Part shown: positions 35,899-49,263 of the stretch, one piece after another
How positions within the stretch are numbered: the first letter of the stretch is position 1
How the letters are laid out: every line of letters begins with the position of its first letter
Assembly (NCBI GenBank): GCA_052426225.1
Contig: JBNJNM010000009.1
Span: forward strand, 620,001 to 684,000
Source of the DNA: Zancudomyces culisetae HAW-14-8
Lineage: Eukaryota > Fungi > Kickxellomycota
Reading direction: 5' to 3'
Length of the DNA stretch: 64,000 nucleotides
Notes under the pieces: generated by a model
Database searches by the model: none
Seen by the model: the letters and a program-made list of their open reading frames with translations, nothing else
Told to the model about the DNA's origin: nothing
Program-made: the position numbers and the translations under genes

Positions 35899-36986
35899 TT
35901 AATAAAACTTTTGTACTAAATATTGTTGGATTTGTGGATATATCACGTCGGATTCGTTTCCTTCAAACGTCTTTAAAATCCCGCGCTTGGCATAGTATTC
36001 CTTCAGTGGCTCGGTTTCTTCTCGGTACTTGACCATCCGTGCCTTGATAAACACCTCCACATTGTCGTCCGCCCGGTGCTCCAGCGGTTCTCCTGTCACG
36101 TCGTCGATTCCCCACACTCGTGGTGCGTTGTATGTGCGGTTGTATACTCGTCCTGATGGCACGTGCACGTACCGGTCGACAATCCGGCTGAGAATTTCTT
36201 CTACCGACACTTCGAGTGAAAGCACTGTGTTTATGCTCATTCCCATTTTATCCAAAACTACATCTAGTTCTTGTGCTTGTTTTGCTGTTCGTGGAAACCC
36301 ATCAATTATCCAATTCTATTTTGTATTTTTTTTTATATTATTATTTTTATTTTTTTAATCCACCACCATTACCATTACCATTATCATTACCATTAAACAT
36401 TATTAAAAAGTTTTATTTTATTCTTATTTTATTTACTTATTCTTATACTTATACTTACCTGGTTAATAACAGATCCCAACTCGTGTTGTACAACTTGAAC
36501 CATTAACTCATCCGGAACAAATTCTCCTCGCTCAACAAGTTTGGCCACTTGTTTGCCAATTTCGTTGCCTGCACTGATACTTTTGCGAAGCAAGTCGCCA
36601 CTGCTAATCGCTGTCAAGTCGAAATCCCCTCGCAGTTTCTTGGTTTGTGTGCCCTTGCCCGAGCCCGGTGCGCCCAAAATAAGCGAGCGGATGGGAATTC
36701 CACTACGTGTTACAGAATACTGTTGGTGGCCAACCTGTACACTGACATTTACACTGTCATTTGCATTTGCATTTGGATTTGCATTTGTGGGTATTGGTTT
36801 GTCTTGTATCTTTTCGGCCGATTCCTGCTCACTACAGCGCAGTTGCGTTTGGGATTGCGTCGATTGGTACCTTGCAGCACTACACGGTAAGGTTCTGGTA
36901 CCTATTACGGCGATCGCGCCAAGTTTTTGTATGGAAGTTACTCGGTTCCACAACTGTCGGTTGGTTATTATTATTCCCCGGTTCAT
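35899..36986 (-). CDS. Mitochondrial adenylate kinase (AK3/Adk2-like), 2 exons: 36459-36986, 35899-36315
   Basis: GAPGSGKGT, ISSGDLLR, FVPDEL, and WIIDGFPR after a GT-AG intron at 36316-36458. LID HVPSGRVYN, DDVTGEPL..RADD. Presequence-like N-terminus. Confidence 0.92.
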
Positions 36987-39191
36987 TAATAAATGTATAT
37001 TATTACAATTCAAAAAAAAAAAAAAGTAAATAAATAAGAGTCTTTTTTTTTATTATATTTAGAGTTATTCTACAAATGTTTATGGTTAACTAGCTAGGAC
37101 ATTCACATATACTTGGACATTGGAAAAAATTTAAATAAAAAAAGAATAAAGCATTTGTTGGAATATAGTTTAAAGAAAAAGTGACTTTTGATCTTATCAC
37201 CTCTTTTTTTATATTTATTTTATATTTTAGTATTTTACTTTATTACAAATATTAGTATTTTTTTTAAAAAAAAATATTAATATGGGAATAATCAAAAGTT
37301 TGGAAAAAAAAAAAAAAAAAAAAGTATTGGATATGAAAACTAGACGAAATTTTTTCACATTTATCCTTCATTTATTTTTTTTCTATATTATTAAATTTTT
37401 ATTAATCTAATATTCCATTTGGCAATCTAGAAATTCCAGGAAAAAAAATAAAATATAAAGTCACTGTTATAACAAATAGTTTACAAATTCAATCCATAAT
37501 CGTATGATAATTCCAATCCTTGCAACACATAATGTAATTCGTCAGTAATGCTGGTATACAAGCATGAATGTATGAATATGTGTATGTATGAATGTGTGTG
37601 TGTCGATTATACTTTAGTTATTTATCAAGATGATTTTTTCAAACTTGTAGTTTTTAAAAGCAAAAAAGTAAAGAGAATAGAGAATAAAGAGATGTAGAAT
37701 AAAAAGGCTCATTTTTGCAATCCCTTTTTTACTTTTTACTTTTTAGTTTATTTTTTTAACATGCTCTTGTTGATCAAAGAATACACCAATACCACCATCC
37801 CCCCCCCCCCCCCTTCTTTCCCCCTCTCCTCCTTTTCCCCATCTCTCTTTGTTGTGATTATCATCCATTTTATACTTTTGTATATACACAAATCATTTAC
37901 ATCTAGTACTACCTGTATTGTTTCAAAAGTATTGCTTGTATTTAAAATATCACGCTTTTTTTTCTATTTCCTTTTCCTTTTCTTTTAATCTATTTATTTT
38001 CATATCTTGCATTCACATTCTCGCTTACTCTACACTATCACTAATATATTATTTATATTACATGAAAATGTATACAACTAAAAAATAATAATAAAAAACC
38101 TGGTAATTTGTTTGGTTTCATATTTATTTCCTTTTTCGATTATTTATTTATACTATAATTATTCTAGATATATTCATATTCATATTCATGTTCAAATTTG
38201 TATTTATATTCATTCAACTATAGAATGTGAAACAGAAAAAGAAAAAGAAAAAACTAGTATTATGCCCGGAATATAAACTCTACAAAGATTTATTATTATT
38301 TTTATGATCAATTCAAAATACCGAATATTGTATCATGTCCCATCTTTTCTAGTTCAAAAATAACCTTTTTCTACTACTCTTTTGATTATAAAATAAAGGA
38401 AACTGAAATGGAGTTTAAATAGTGTAGGAATTGGAGTGATTTAATTTCAGACTAGCTTGGGCTTGTAGTGATGTAGGTTTATACTTTTTATACTGTATTG
38501 TTTAGTCCTCAATCTCTCTGTCTATCTCACTATCTCACTATCTCACTATCTCGCTACCTCTGAGTCCAGCGCCAAGAATGAGGAAAAAATAACATGAATA
38601 AACCTCGCTTTCTATCTCAATTTCCATTTCCCCTCACCCTTTCCACTTTACACTCTCTATCCAAATCGAATCAATTTACGATTAATTCTATATACTAATA
38701 ATAATAGTAATAATCACATATTTTCTGCCTTTGTTTAGTGCTTTTTGGTTCAATATCCAAATATTACTATATTTTTTTATTTAAAAGTGTTGAGCTTTAA
38801 TGAGCATTTTTTGTTATCATCGTTTCATTGGCCAACTTCTTATACTCATAGACTATTGGCCAGATTATCTAAATCCAGGCATTATTATAAAACTATTTTG
38901 GAAAATAAAATAAAAAATTGAAAACCAAAACATTCAAAACTAATATTTGTTTTTTTTTAAAAGCCAAATATTTTAATTCAGCCAACTATTAATTGCAAGT
39001 ATTCAATCTATTGCAACAATTATAAAGAAATTTTAAAATTAGTAAATTTGATATACGTTTAATCTGCTTTATTTTACTACTCTTTTAACCCCTTCCTTCT
39101 CCCCTCCCCCACCTCACATTCAGTTTTCACAACATTCAAAGAAATCGAATTAATCGAGTAAATAAATCGAATCCTACGAAACCTTGTCAAT

Positions 39192-39683
39192 ATGTCGGAA
39201 GCAGTCGATTTCTGTCCCGCTTACAGCACCTTTTTTGGATTTGGCGGAGTGGCAGCCGCAATGATTTTCACCGCGGTCGGGTCGGCGTACGGAACGGCCA
39301 AGTCCGGAATTGGAATCGCTGGTGCGGGCACATTCAATCCACAACTGATTGTCAAATCCCTCATCCCAGTCATTATGGCTGGTATCATTGCGGTGTACGG
39401 GTTGGTTTCCGCAGTGCTCATTTCGGGTGCACTGAATCCCCACGAACAATACTCGCTGTATTCAGGCTCGATTCATTTAGCCAGTGGCTTGTGTGTTGGA
39501 TTAACCGGGCTGGCTGCGGGCTGGTGTGTCGGAGTCGTAGGTGATGCGGGTGTGCGTGCATATGGTAAAGAAAACAGAATGTTTGTGTTTTTGATTCTGA
39601 TTCTGATTTTTGCCGAAGTCTTGGGGCTGTATGGACTGATCGTTTCGCTAATCCTCAACACAAAGATCTCTAACAATTGCTAG
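39192..39683 (+). CDS. VMA11: V-ATPase V0 proteolipid subunit c'
   Basis: Four hydrophobic helices. [25 protein letters not shown] is c'-type rather than c-type. Essential Glu in [10 protein letters not shown]. Confidence 0.88.
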   Translation: MSEAVDFCPAYSTFFGFGGVAAAMIFTAVGSAYGTAKSGIGIAGAGTFNPQLIVKSLIPVIMAGIIAVYGLVSAVLISGALNPHEQYSLYSGSIHLASGLCVGLTGLAAGWCVGVVGDAGVRAYGKENRMFVFLILILIFAEVLGLYGLIVSLILNTKISNNC

Positions 39684-42600
39684 ACATCCCCTCCCTATAA
39701 TACACCTTTTCGCCCAGTTGGTCTAAATATGCTTGCATTTGAAGATTTTAGCGACATTTCAAGTGCTCGTTAAATCAAAGTTTTAAATTTAATATTTTTT
39801 TCTAGATCAGTCATTTGGAAAGGAAAAACAAAGTGAGTGTGGTGAAGAATATCTAGATATTTTTCATCGGTTATTAGCTTGAAGGCTCGATTGTAGGTGT
39901 GTTGTCCCAGTAACCTTCTTTATTGTATTTCTTTCTGTTTATACATATACTATATATACAACTAGTTTTCATTTATCCGTTATTTTCATTTATTCATTTT
40001 ATTGTTGGTGTTGTTTGGTTTACGCTATTATGTGTGCCAATGTGTTTATTTTTATAGATTATCTTGTGAATTCAACATATTTAATATATAAAACCCTTAC
40101 AAGACTTGACCCAAATTGGTTAGCAAACAAACAAGCAAAGTGTAAAGATTATACTGTAGCAGTTGGATATACAGTGACGTATGCATGCTTCCATGAGACT
40201 CCTACTTTTAAACAGTGTGTAGCAAAATGTACGTGGAATCTGATGTTACCTTGCCCAATCTCCCTTCCCACCAATTACTTGTATGTATTAAAACACCTAT
40301 TGCAGGCAAGATAGGTCTAATGTATTACCAAGTGTGTCAAGTAAAAGAGGAGGCAAAGGTAGAAAGCAGAGATTAAGAGGAATTAATAGATCAAAATATT
40401 CCAATTGTGTGAGACGTGTCTTTAGGTAATACCAGATGGTAGCTGTATCAATTTGTGGCAGTATTTTTCTCTGCTGTAAACTTTAAATATATGTTGGTAT
40501 TAGGTGTCGCAAATAGTTGGTGGTAAAATGTGCATAATATCCGAAAAAAATCGAGAGAGAATATTAGGTGGGAGGTGATACTTGTATTTTGTATTGGGTT
40601 TAATTATTAAATAGCAGGCTAATACCTCTACTACTACTACTACTACTACAAATAAAGATTAAAAAAAATGAAAGTGGAAGGTTTGAAACCAAGTGATGAA
40701 ATGGACAACTGGTCAATTTTTAGAGCTTGGTTATGGAAACACGATAAACAAATTGCATGACATATTGTAAATATGGTATGGGAATAGGAGTGAAATAGGA
40801 ATAGAACAACAACTGTTTATTGTGCAAATGTGGAAAATAAAATTTACGCAAACGGGCTCAATGTAGTATGAGTATAAAATATTGTGACTTCAAAGGTTTT
40901 CTTTTTTAAATTAAAGTTCGATAACATGGCTAATTTGTACCAGGTAACAAGGTTAATGTAACAACAATAAAAAGTTGCAGTAAAATAAGGTTCAACATAA
41001 AGGGCAAAAAAAAAAAGACAAAGCTAAAAAGGACCGGAATTAGATATTCAAGCCAATACTGTCAAGGCAGGATTAGTAATTGTGAACTAAAGTACAAGTT
41101 CAAATACACATTGATTCTCATAAAATTAGAGTGAAAAAGAAAAGGGATAAAGTGATAAATAAATGAAATGTTTGTTACATTAGTGTGTGGGTTAAGATTA
41201 ATAGTTGGTAATCGAAGGCTATATCCGTTTTTGGAAGAGTTTTTAGAAATTTGTGATGGGGTCTAGTTGGGAGGTATTATTTATTTAATTGATTATTTTT
41301 ATTTTTATTTTGCAAAGAAACGCGAACCAAAACATGTTAATATGAGGTGTGCTAAAAGTGATAATGATGGGTTTATACAGGATATTGATATTATTGTTTG
41401 TCTAAATGGTATTTAAAGTATTCAAAGATCAGTACAAAAGAAAAGCAAAGCAAAGAGGTTAAATGAAAGGAGTTAAATAGGACAGGGATGAAGATCAATG
41501 TTCCCAAGAAATGAAAAACGTCATTGTGCTTTATTCTAAACATTAACTATTGATTGCTCAAGCTTTTAATGTCTGGTTTAGTGGGAAAGAAATGTTGGAA
41601 CACGTTTATTTTGGCAAATTGCTAAATCCCATTCACATTGATGGATTTTATTAATAAATTATTACATTTAAATAAAATTAATACCTGAATATATTACCTA
41701 AAAGAATAACTTTATCGACGAGAATATCTAAAAAAGAAAAACCAGAGAAATATTTCACTGGCAAAAAAGCAGAAACACTAGTAGAAAAAGCAATTTGCGG
41801 GAAAAATGTAGAAAACGCAAGAAAAGAATATAAAATCAATGCAAACCAGCAAAGTTTCGTGTTTTATAGTGGGTTTTTGGTGCCACAACAACATTAGCAA
41901 ATTAAAATAAAGTGGTGGTAGAATCAGATTTAGAGTAAACAAAACTGATTCACAAAACAAGATGGAAGAGGGATGGGGTTCTAGAGCCAACTCAGACAAA
42001 AAATGAAGGTCAGGGTTGCTTTTTGGATGGACTGGGTGTGGGGTGAGGAGGAAGGTAAAAAAAAAATACAGGGTAAAAAGACATTTTTTTTGTAGTGTGT
42101 GCAAAATGGGAGCCTGAAAAGAATTTCAAAGTTGTTATGTATCAGGTGTCATCAATGGTACAATAGCAGCAAAAAAAAGCAAGTCAGTAAGGTTAAATAG
42201 TTACATTTTTTATGAAAATAGGCAATAGATAATGCGAAAAATGTAAATAAAAAATATTTAGAGTTCGACATAGTTGTGGGGGAAGGGGCAGGAGGATGGG
42301 GAGGATGAGGGGAAAGAGGAGGAGGTTGAAAAAAAAAACAAAAGATTCTTGGGGAAAAAATAAAACCAAATATATTTTATACTGGAAACAAGTAATTATT
42401 GCCAATTTTAGTGATGAAAATGTGAATGATTTCTTTTTATTTACTTATTTATTTATTTGTTTTGGTGTTTTTTTTTAATGTAAACAAAAACAAAAACATA
42501 TACAAAAACAAAAATATATATGATATTTGCATTATGTAAAATATGCAAAAAGAGAAAATAAAGTTAATAATTGTGGTTACGCGGTGGTGGAGAAGTTGGT

Positions 42601-43077
42601 TTTTTTAGGTGGTTTGTCAAGACGATTATTGTTTTATCCCAGATGGTAATGCAAAACAAAAAAAAAACATCACCAAACTAAACAGAAAAAAAGAGGTGTA
42701 CGAGATATAATAATCGAGCTTTTATTTTATTTTTGTTTTTTCTAAAAAAAATAGAAAAAGTAGATTCCACAATCTGTTTAATATCACTATTATTTTATAT
42801 TATATTGTTATTATTATTGATGGTGGTTGTAAAAGTTAAAGCTTTTTAATTGTAAATTAAGATTTGGATATTGTCACTAAAGGGTTTAGAACGTATACCA
42901 AAATAAAGAAAGGACAAGAAAGGACAAGAAAATAAAAGAGAATAGTAAATAGAATAAATACATATAGCATAAGAAAAGATCAAAGCTGAAATGAACAGAG
43001 GAAAAACAACAATAGCATTGACAGAACAGACATAAATATAAATATAAATATAGATATAGATATAGATATAACAAACA

Positions 43078-46000
43078 ATGTTTTCGAGAAAACCTAGTAA
43101 AAAAGGCAATGAAGTAGGTGCGGAAGGAGGAGTAGATGGCAAAAATGGGACTTCGGTAAAGGGAATGTGGGCCAAGCTGAAGGCCAACACTGAAAAGATC
43201 AACAAGGATATTCCATGGGTAACAAAAGATAAAGAAAAAGAGAAAGAAAAAGAAAAGGAAAAAAAAGATAGAAAGAAAATAGAAGGGGTAGAAAGAGGTA
43301 GTGAGAAATACAATATACAGCAAGTAAAAGGTCTTGTTCATCAGGATGACAGTGAGGATCTTCTTCCACTAGTTTCAGGGACAGGGAGCGAAAATCGGTT
43401 TGTACCATTGATGGTGCAAAGGCAGTGGTTTGAAAGTATAATAAATTGCAAGTTGCTGAGTGTACAAATGATTATTGCAGAGTACCCAAATGTGTTTGCG
43501 ATCAAGCGGGCAGAAGCAACGCCATATCACGACGCACTGGTAGAAATAGCAAACCATGCGCTGGGTACAGATACGCGGGGAATGGATGGGTTGCAGGTGG
43601 CGATTATGGTGTATAAAAACTCACATGCAGACTGGCGGCTGGGACGAGGGGTTAATAGCAGTGGGTACAAGCTGAGCGACGGGCAGATGCGCGAGATTGT
43701 GGCTATCCGGGAGCTTATTCTGGAGGAGATACTGACCAAGATACCTACCAAGTATCTAAACAAAAATACATTTGGAAAATTCAAAAACACAACGATGCAT
43801 GTTTCGGCGTTTTTCAATGATACAAACTTAGTGAGGCGGCTGTTATCAATAGGTTGTGATCCGCGTGTGTGTAACGAGTTGGGATTTACACCATCCATGA
43901 TAACAACGGAGACGGGGGTGAAACAATTATTGGAAGGGTATAGTGAATATAACAGGGGATATACTTCAGAAACGATACAACGAGAGGCAGGCGCCGATCA
44001 GCGAGGGGATGCGACAGTACCGATGGTAGAAAGTGAAGGAACAGAAGGAGTAGTAACTCGAGATGATGGATATGGGCCAGAGACATATTCTGAAGAACTA
44101 AATGCAGAAAGACTGTTAATGGATACGTACTTTGGGATGGGAGAAAATGAGGGCTATTACAATAGCAATTCAGATAGTAAGAGCTACAGCGGAAACCTGG
44201 TACGCAGGCTTTCTACGGTGATAGAGGTGGACGAAGAGGAGTTGTTTTTGGAACAGAATGAACATGAGGAATTTCCAGATACTGCACTTGATATCAGTAT
44301 GGGATCACTGGTGGGAGAACCTATTCTGGAGAGCTACGAAGAATTAAGAGGGTACAAGGAAGGACAAGATGGTGATGAAAAAGAGGAAGAAGTAGATGTG
44401 GAAGACAGAGAATTGATGAGTAAAGGAGGTGATGGTGGTGACAGTGGTGATAGCAGTGCTGGAGATCCAGAACATTCCCAAGCACAACCACAAGAATGTA
44501 TACCAAAGATTGAGACAGACCAGAGCAAATCTTTGTTGGATAAACCGCAAACACAGAGTTTTACATTGCAAGAAGAAGAAAAGGAAAAAGAAAAAGCAAA
44601 AGGAAAAGGAAAAGAAAAGGAAAGCAAAGAGGGAATGAAAGGTAAGGGGAATGAAAAAGATAAAATGGATGTAGATGTAGATGTAGAGGCAGATGTAGAG
44701 GCAGAGGAAGCCAAAAAAAAACTAGACACGGTTGAATCAAGCATACCGGCAGGGTTTATGGAGGATATACTTTTAGAAAATGTAACAACAACCAGTGATT
44801 ATGGATCGATTATATTGACAGAGAGTATTGGAAATGAAATAAACAAGTTTATGACAGAAGATGTGATGAGTGTGACCAGCGAGGTATCGAATGTACAAGA
44901 TCTTGAAGTTGATGAACCTAGAGAACGAACAAGAGATAGAGACGGAGAAAAGCAACAGCGGTCAGATCGGATGTTTTTCAGTTCGCCAAAGAAACATCCG
45001 TTTTCACCTCAGCTTTATGAGCTGATAATGAGTCCAACGGCAACAGTAGCAAGCAATACAACTCCAAAGAGCGAAAGTAAAAAAGAGAAAAATAAATCAT
45101 CCTCGTCGTTTTCTGCAAAACCAATAGCGGGCAATACATCACCAACGAAAACTAGCAATGGTAAACAAAAGTCAACAACAACAGTAACAGCAGGAGCGGC
45201 AACAGCTACAGCAACGACAACAGCTACAGCAACAACAGCAGTAGCAGTAGCAGTAGCGACACTAATTAAGCCACTGACACCTGTTTCGCCCAATGGCAAA
45301 GAAAACAAGTACTACAAGGGTTCTAGCAGCGGAAGTATTGGTGAACACAACGGCGGGAATGCTAATAATGGTAGCAACGGAAATATCAGTGGTAGCAGCA
45401 GCAGTGTTTTGGCTAAAAAGGTATTCGAAAGGCGAAAGCAGCAAAAGCTGCATAGCGAAGGCACGTTAAATACAGCTGTAAAAAAGACTAAAAAACATGT
45501 AGAGTCTACTACTACTACTACTACTACCAGTAACCCAGGGATATCAATGACACCAACTTCGTCATTTAATAATAGCAATCCGTCATTATCTAGTTCAAAG
45601 TCTAGTCCAACGAAAAAACCCAAGGCGGAAAGAGTGAAAACGCATGTGGCAAAACTCAACAAGAGTGATGGGATTACTCAGCGGATAGCTGTGTTACTAG
45701 ATAACAGCAATTCGAGTATTAATTCGATAAATAGCGATGGTTTTAATAGTAATGGTAATAGTAGTGGTAATAGCAATAATAATAGTAGTGGTAATGTGAA
45801 TGTGAATTTGAGTGGAGGTGGAGGTGGAAGTAGGAGTGGAAGTGGGAGTGGGGGAGCAAATAATAAGGACAAGATGAGAAAACCGATTGTTACAGGACCA
45901 AAGGGTAAAGTGGCATTATTACAAATGAAGTACGAGATGGCGTCCAAGTCTAATGAGGATATTGTTGTACAAAAGAGTAACTATTCACTGTCATCACTTA

Positions 46001-47366
46001 AAACAAGTATACCTGACATTACAATTACCACCAGCAATACGAATACGAATACAAATACGAATACAAATACCGAAAGTAATAATGATTCTGGAGAACCTGT
46101 TGTAACAAGTGCTGAAGGGAAAACCCATCCCAGTTCGATTAAATCAATAGCCAGTTTGTCAGAGTTTGATAATGACAAGGCGAGTAATACACCACAGCCA
46201 AACAACCGGCGGGAGAGTGGTACGCTTGAGTTGATGAGGAAAAATGGAATAGTTCAAGATAGGTTGCAGATGTTTTTGGAGACGGGAAATGATGCTGCCA
46301 AAAGACAGCATATTGGAAACCCACAGACATCAGGAAAGGCTAGAGCCAAAGATACGCAGGTCAGTAAAGAGAAGGAGCCTGATGTTTCAACAAGTGTTGA
46401 TAACTTTAGTATGAGTAGTATTGGCAGTGAGGTTGATAAACCTGACCAAGACAATCAAGATCAGTTGGATCAGTTGAATCAGGATCAAGTGTATGAGAGT
46501 GAGGAAAAAGAGGAAATCGAACAAGATATACTTGTACAAGAAGAAGAGGTTGAAGAAAAAGAGGTTGAAGAAGAGGAAGGAGAGCTGGATATACATACAC
46601 AGGAATCTATAGATAATAAGAGTGAAATTGCAAAAGATATTGAGATTGATGAGAACAATAGTGACAGTTTGGATAAATTGGAGCTGATGGCGAGTCAAAT
46701 AATAGAAACAAGATCGATCCAACAAAAAGAAAGCGAGAGTCATGAAAGTTTGGATCAATGGATGCAGGTTTCAATGACGTCGACTGATAACGAGGGTATT
46801 GTAGAGCTTGGAGATGAGGACAAGCCAAGTGCAAACCAGCTGACTCTACCACGGATTTTTATTGACAAGGATGGCAAGGTCAAGCGCAAGTCGTTTTTGG
46901 ATGATATTGTCATTACTGGGGCTTCAAAAGCTACGACAACTAGTGGTGTGGCCAAGTCGGCTACACAAGCGGGTGAAGGTGTCAACGCAAATACAAATGC
47001 TAACGCAAATACAAATGTAAATACAAATGTAAATGTAAATGTAGGCGAGAAACAAAGCAGCCGTCCAGTATCGTTTGCGCAAACCATGGAGTTGGAATTT
47101 ATTAATAAACTGGAATCTATTTTGCCAACCACTGAACCAAACCCCAATAACAATGCTAATAATGGTGGAAGGCCGAGCCTAAAGCGGTACAGTTTGGGAG
47201 AAAGCAATAGGATTCGGACATCTATAACTGAAAAGGATTTGGGCAAATTTTCCACTCTTGGACAGAATGAAATTGATCAAGAAAATGAAGATGAAGATGA
47301 AGATGAGCAAGAAAATGAAAATCCCGGTATTGGTGAGAATGGAATATCAAAGTCAAAATCAAAACC

Positions 47367-47397
<31 letters not shown>

Positions 47398-49092
47398 TCA
47401 ACACCAACACCAACACCAAAACCAAAACTGAAAACCAACGGAGAGGGGCAAAAAGAAATTGAAAATACATTGCCATGGTACATTACTCCGTTAAGCGGAG
47501 CGCCAATCAACAACTTCTTTGCACTGCCAGAGCCGCGTTATGAGCAAGGGTACTTGTATCTAAAAATCAAGAGTATAGAAGAGTACAGCAACGATACAAC
47601 CAACATTGGCGATGCTGGCAAGCTGTCTATAGCAGTTCGAAATGGGTACGACTCGTTGGATTTTAGCGTTATAGATTTGCGCAATCTCCAGAACGGACGG
47701 ATGGCAGTGAACCAGGAGGCTATTGTAGCTGTTGATCCATCCAAGCCAATAACTCTGTGGTTGCGACACGGTGCTTCGTCGCCAGACTTGAAGAAGCGCA
47801 ACTTTGGCATTTTTTCGTCGTTTATAAACATGAATGAAAAGATGTTGCGGAAACTGATGGCCAAGCACAACAACAATATGTGGAAGCTGTGTTTTTCTGG
47901 CGGCAAAAACGGTGGCAAGGCGGCAAACATGTCGACTCGGTCATCACGACTACATCTGACTTCCAAACGCAAGTCCATTAGTGGAGTTTTCAACAATCCT
48001 AGACATCGAAACAAGTCGGTCAAGAAAATTGCAAAGGAACGAGGTTACAGCTCGGATTCGGAACAGATGGATGACGATATCAATTCCAATGAAAATGAAA
48101 ATGAAAATGAAAATGGAAACAATGGTGAAGGCGAGTATGATAATTCACAGAGTAATTTTGGTAGTATTGGCAGTGCTCACCGACGAAGAAACTCGACTGG
48201 TCAATATTCCTCTGATAACGAACATGAAAACAACCACAATAATGGCAACAGCGATGATGATGGTGACAATGACAGCGACAGCGACAGTGACAGTGATGAT
48301 GTTAGCCAGCTCAGAATCCCTGGCCCAATAGCAAACATCAAATCCACCATTGTAACTCCTTCCCAGCTCAAATCCTTTTACTCCAATGCCTCCATCGCCT
48401 CCTCCACTGCTTCCCCAACCACCAAATTCGAAACCATTGGTTGTGCCGCAATCAACGTGTTAGAAATGCTTGACGAGGTCTATCTGCGCTCGCTTCTCGA
48501 CTCGTGGGATGTCGTTGATGTGTGGGAACCCAATCTCGTGTGCCGTCTGCAGCTTCAGATGTTTTTTATTCCCGTTGTCAACAGCTGTATTAGTCCCAGC
48601 AGCTCCAAAAGCAACACGACGATGCTGCCTCCTCCAACAAAACTGCCCTGCAACCTGCTGGAGTGCGCAAACTCGCTTGCCACTCTTGACTGGCACAACC
48701 GCATCTGGTGCAATGGATTTCTTAGCCAGCTGGGTGGCGATCTGAGGTATTGGAAGCGCAGGTACTACCGACTGGTTGGCGGTTTTCTGCTGGCCTACAG
48801 CCCTACTGACTTGCAGTCCAGCCGCTGTGTTATCGACATTTCTGCCGTCAAGCGCCTTGTCGTTCTGGCCAACAAGAACACTTCGACATCGTCCATTAAC
48901 AACCTGGCTGATGTTGTCAAGTTCAGCTTCCGTCTGTATTTTTACGACAATTATTCCATCGACTTTTATGCCGACTCGGCTGCCGACCTCAAAAAATGGT
49001 CTGCTGCCCTCTCCACCATCGTTAATAACATTCCAAAAATTCCTCTTTGGCTTGTCAAACTTATTCACGATGATATTTCTTCTCGTCTCTAG
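43078..49092 (+). CDS. Large anillin-related Bud4/Mid2-like protein with an N-terminal ankyrin-like repeat and a C-terminal PH domain
   Basis: 2004-aa ORF. NTTMHVSAFFNDTNLVRRLLSIGCDP..CNELGFTP is ankyrin-like, and the middle is a long low-complexity region. GYLYLKI...LQLQMFFIP and GFLSQLGGDLRYWKRRYYRL resemble the Bud4/Mid2 AH and PH domains. Confidence 0.8.
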
Positions 49093-49263
49093 TTACTTTT
49101 ATTTATTACATTCTTTCTCTTTTTCTTTTTCTTTTTCTTTTTCTTTCTCTCATTTTCTTTTTTAAAAAAAATAATAATCTAAAGCTAGAATCATTTTCTT
49201 TTCTTTTTATATTTATATTTATTTGATTATAACATATTATATTATATTATATTATATTTTATT

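Noticed and set aside
31507-49165. Numerous overlapping antisense and alternate-frame ORFs over the host genes, and similar ones over gag-pol
   Set aside because: They are shadows of real CDSs, biased codon use and microsatellites, with no recognisable motifs.
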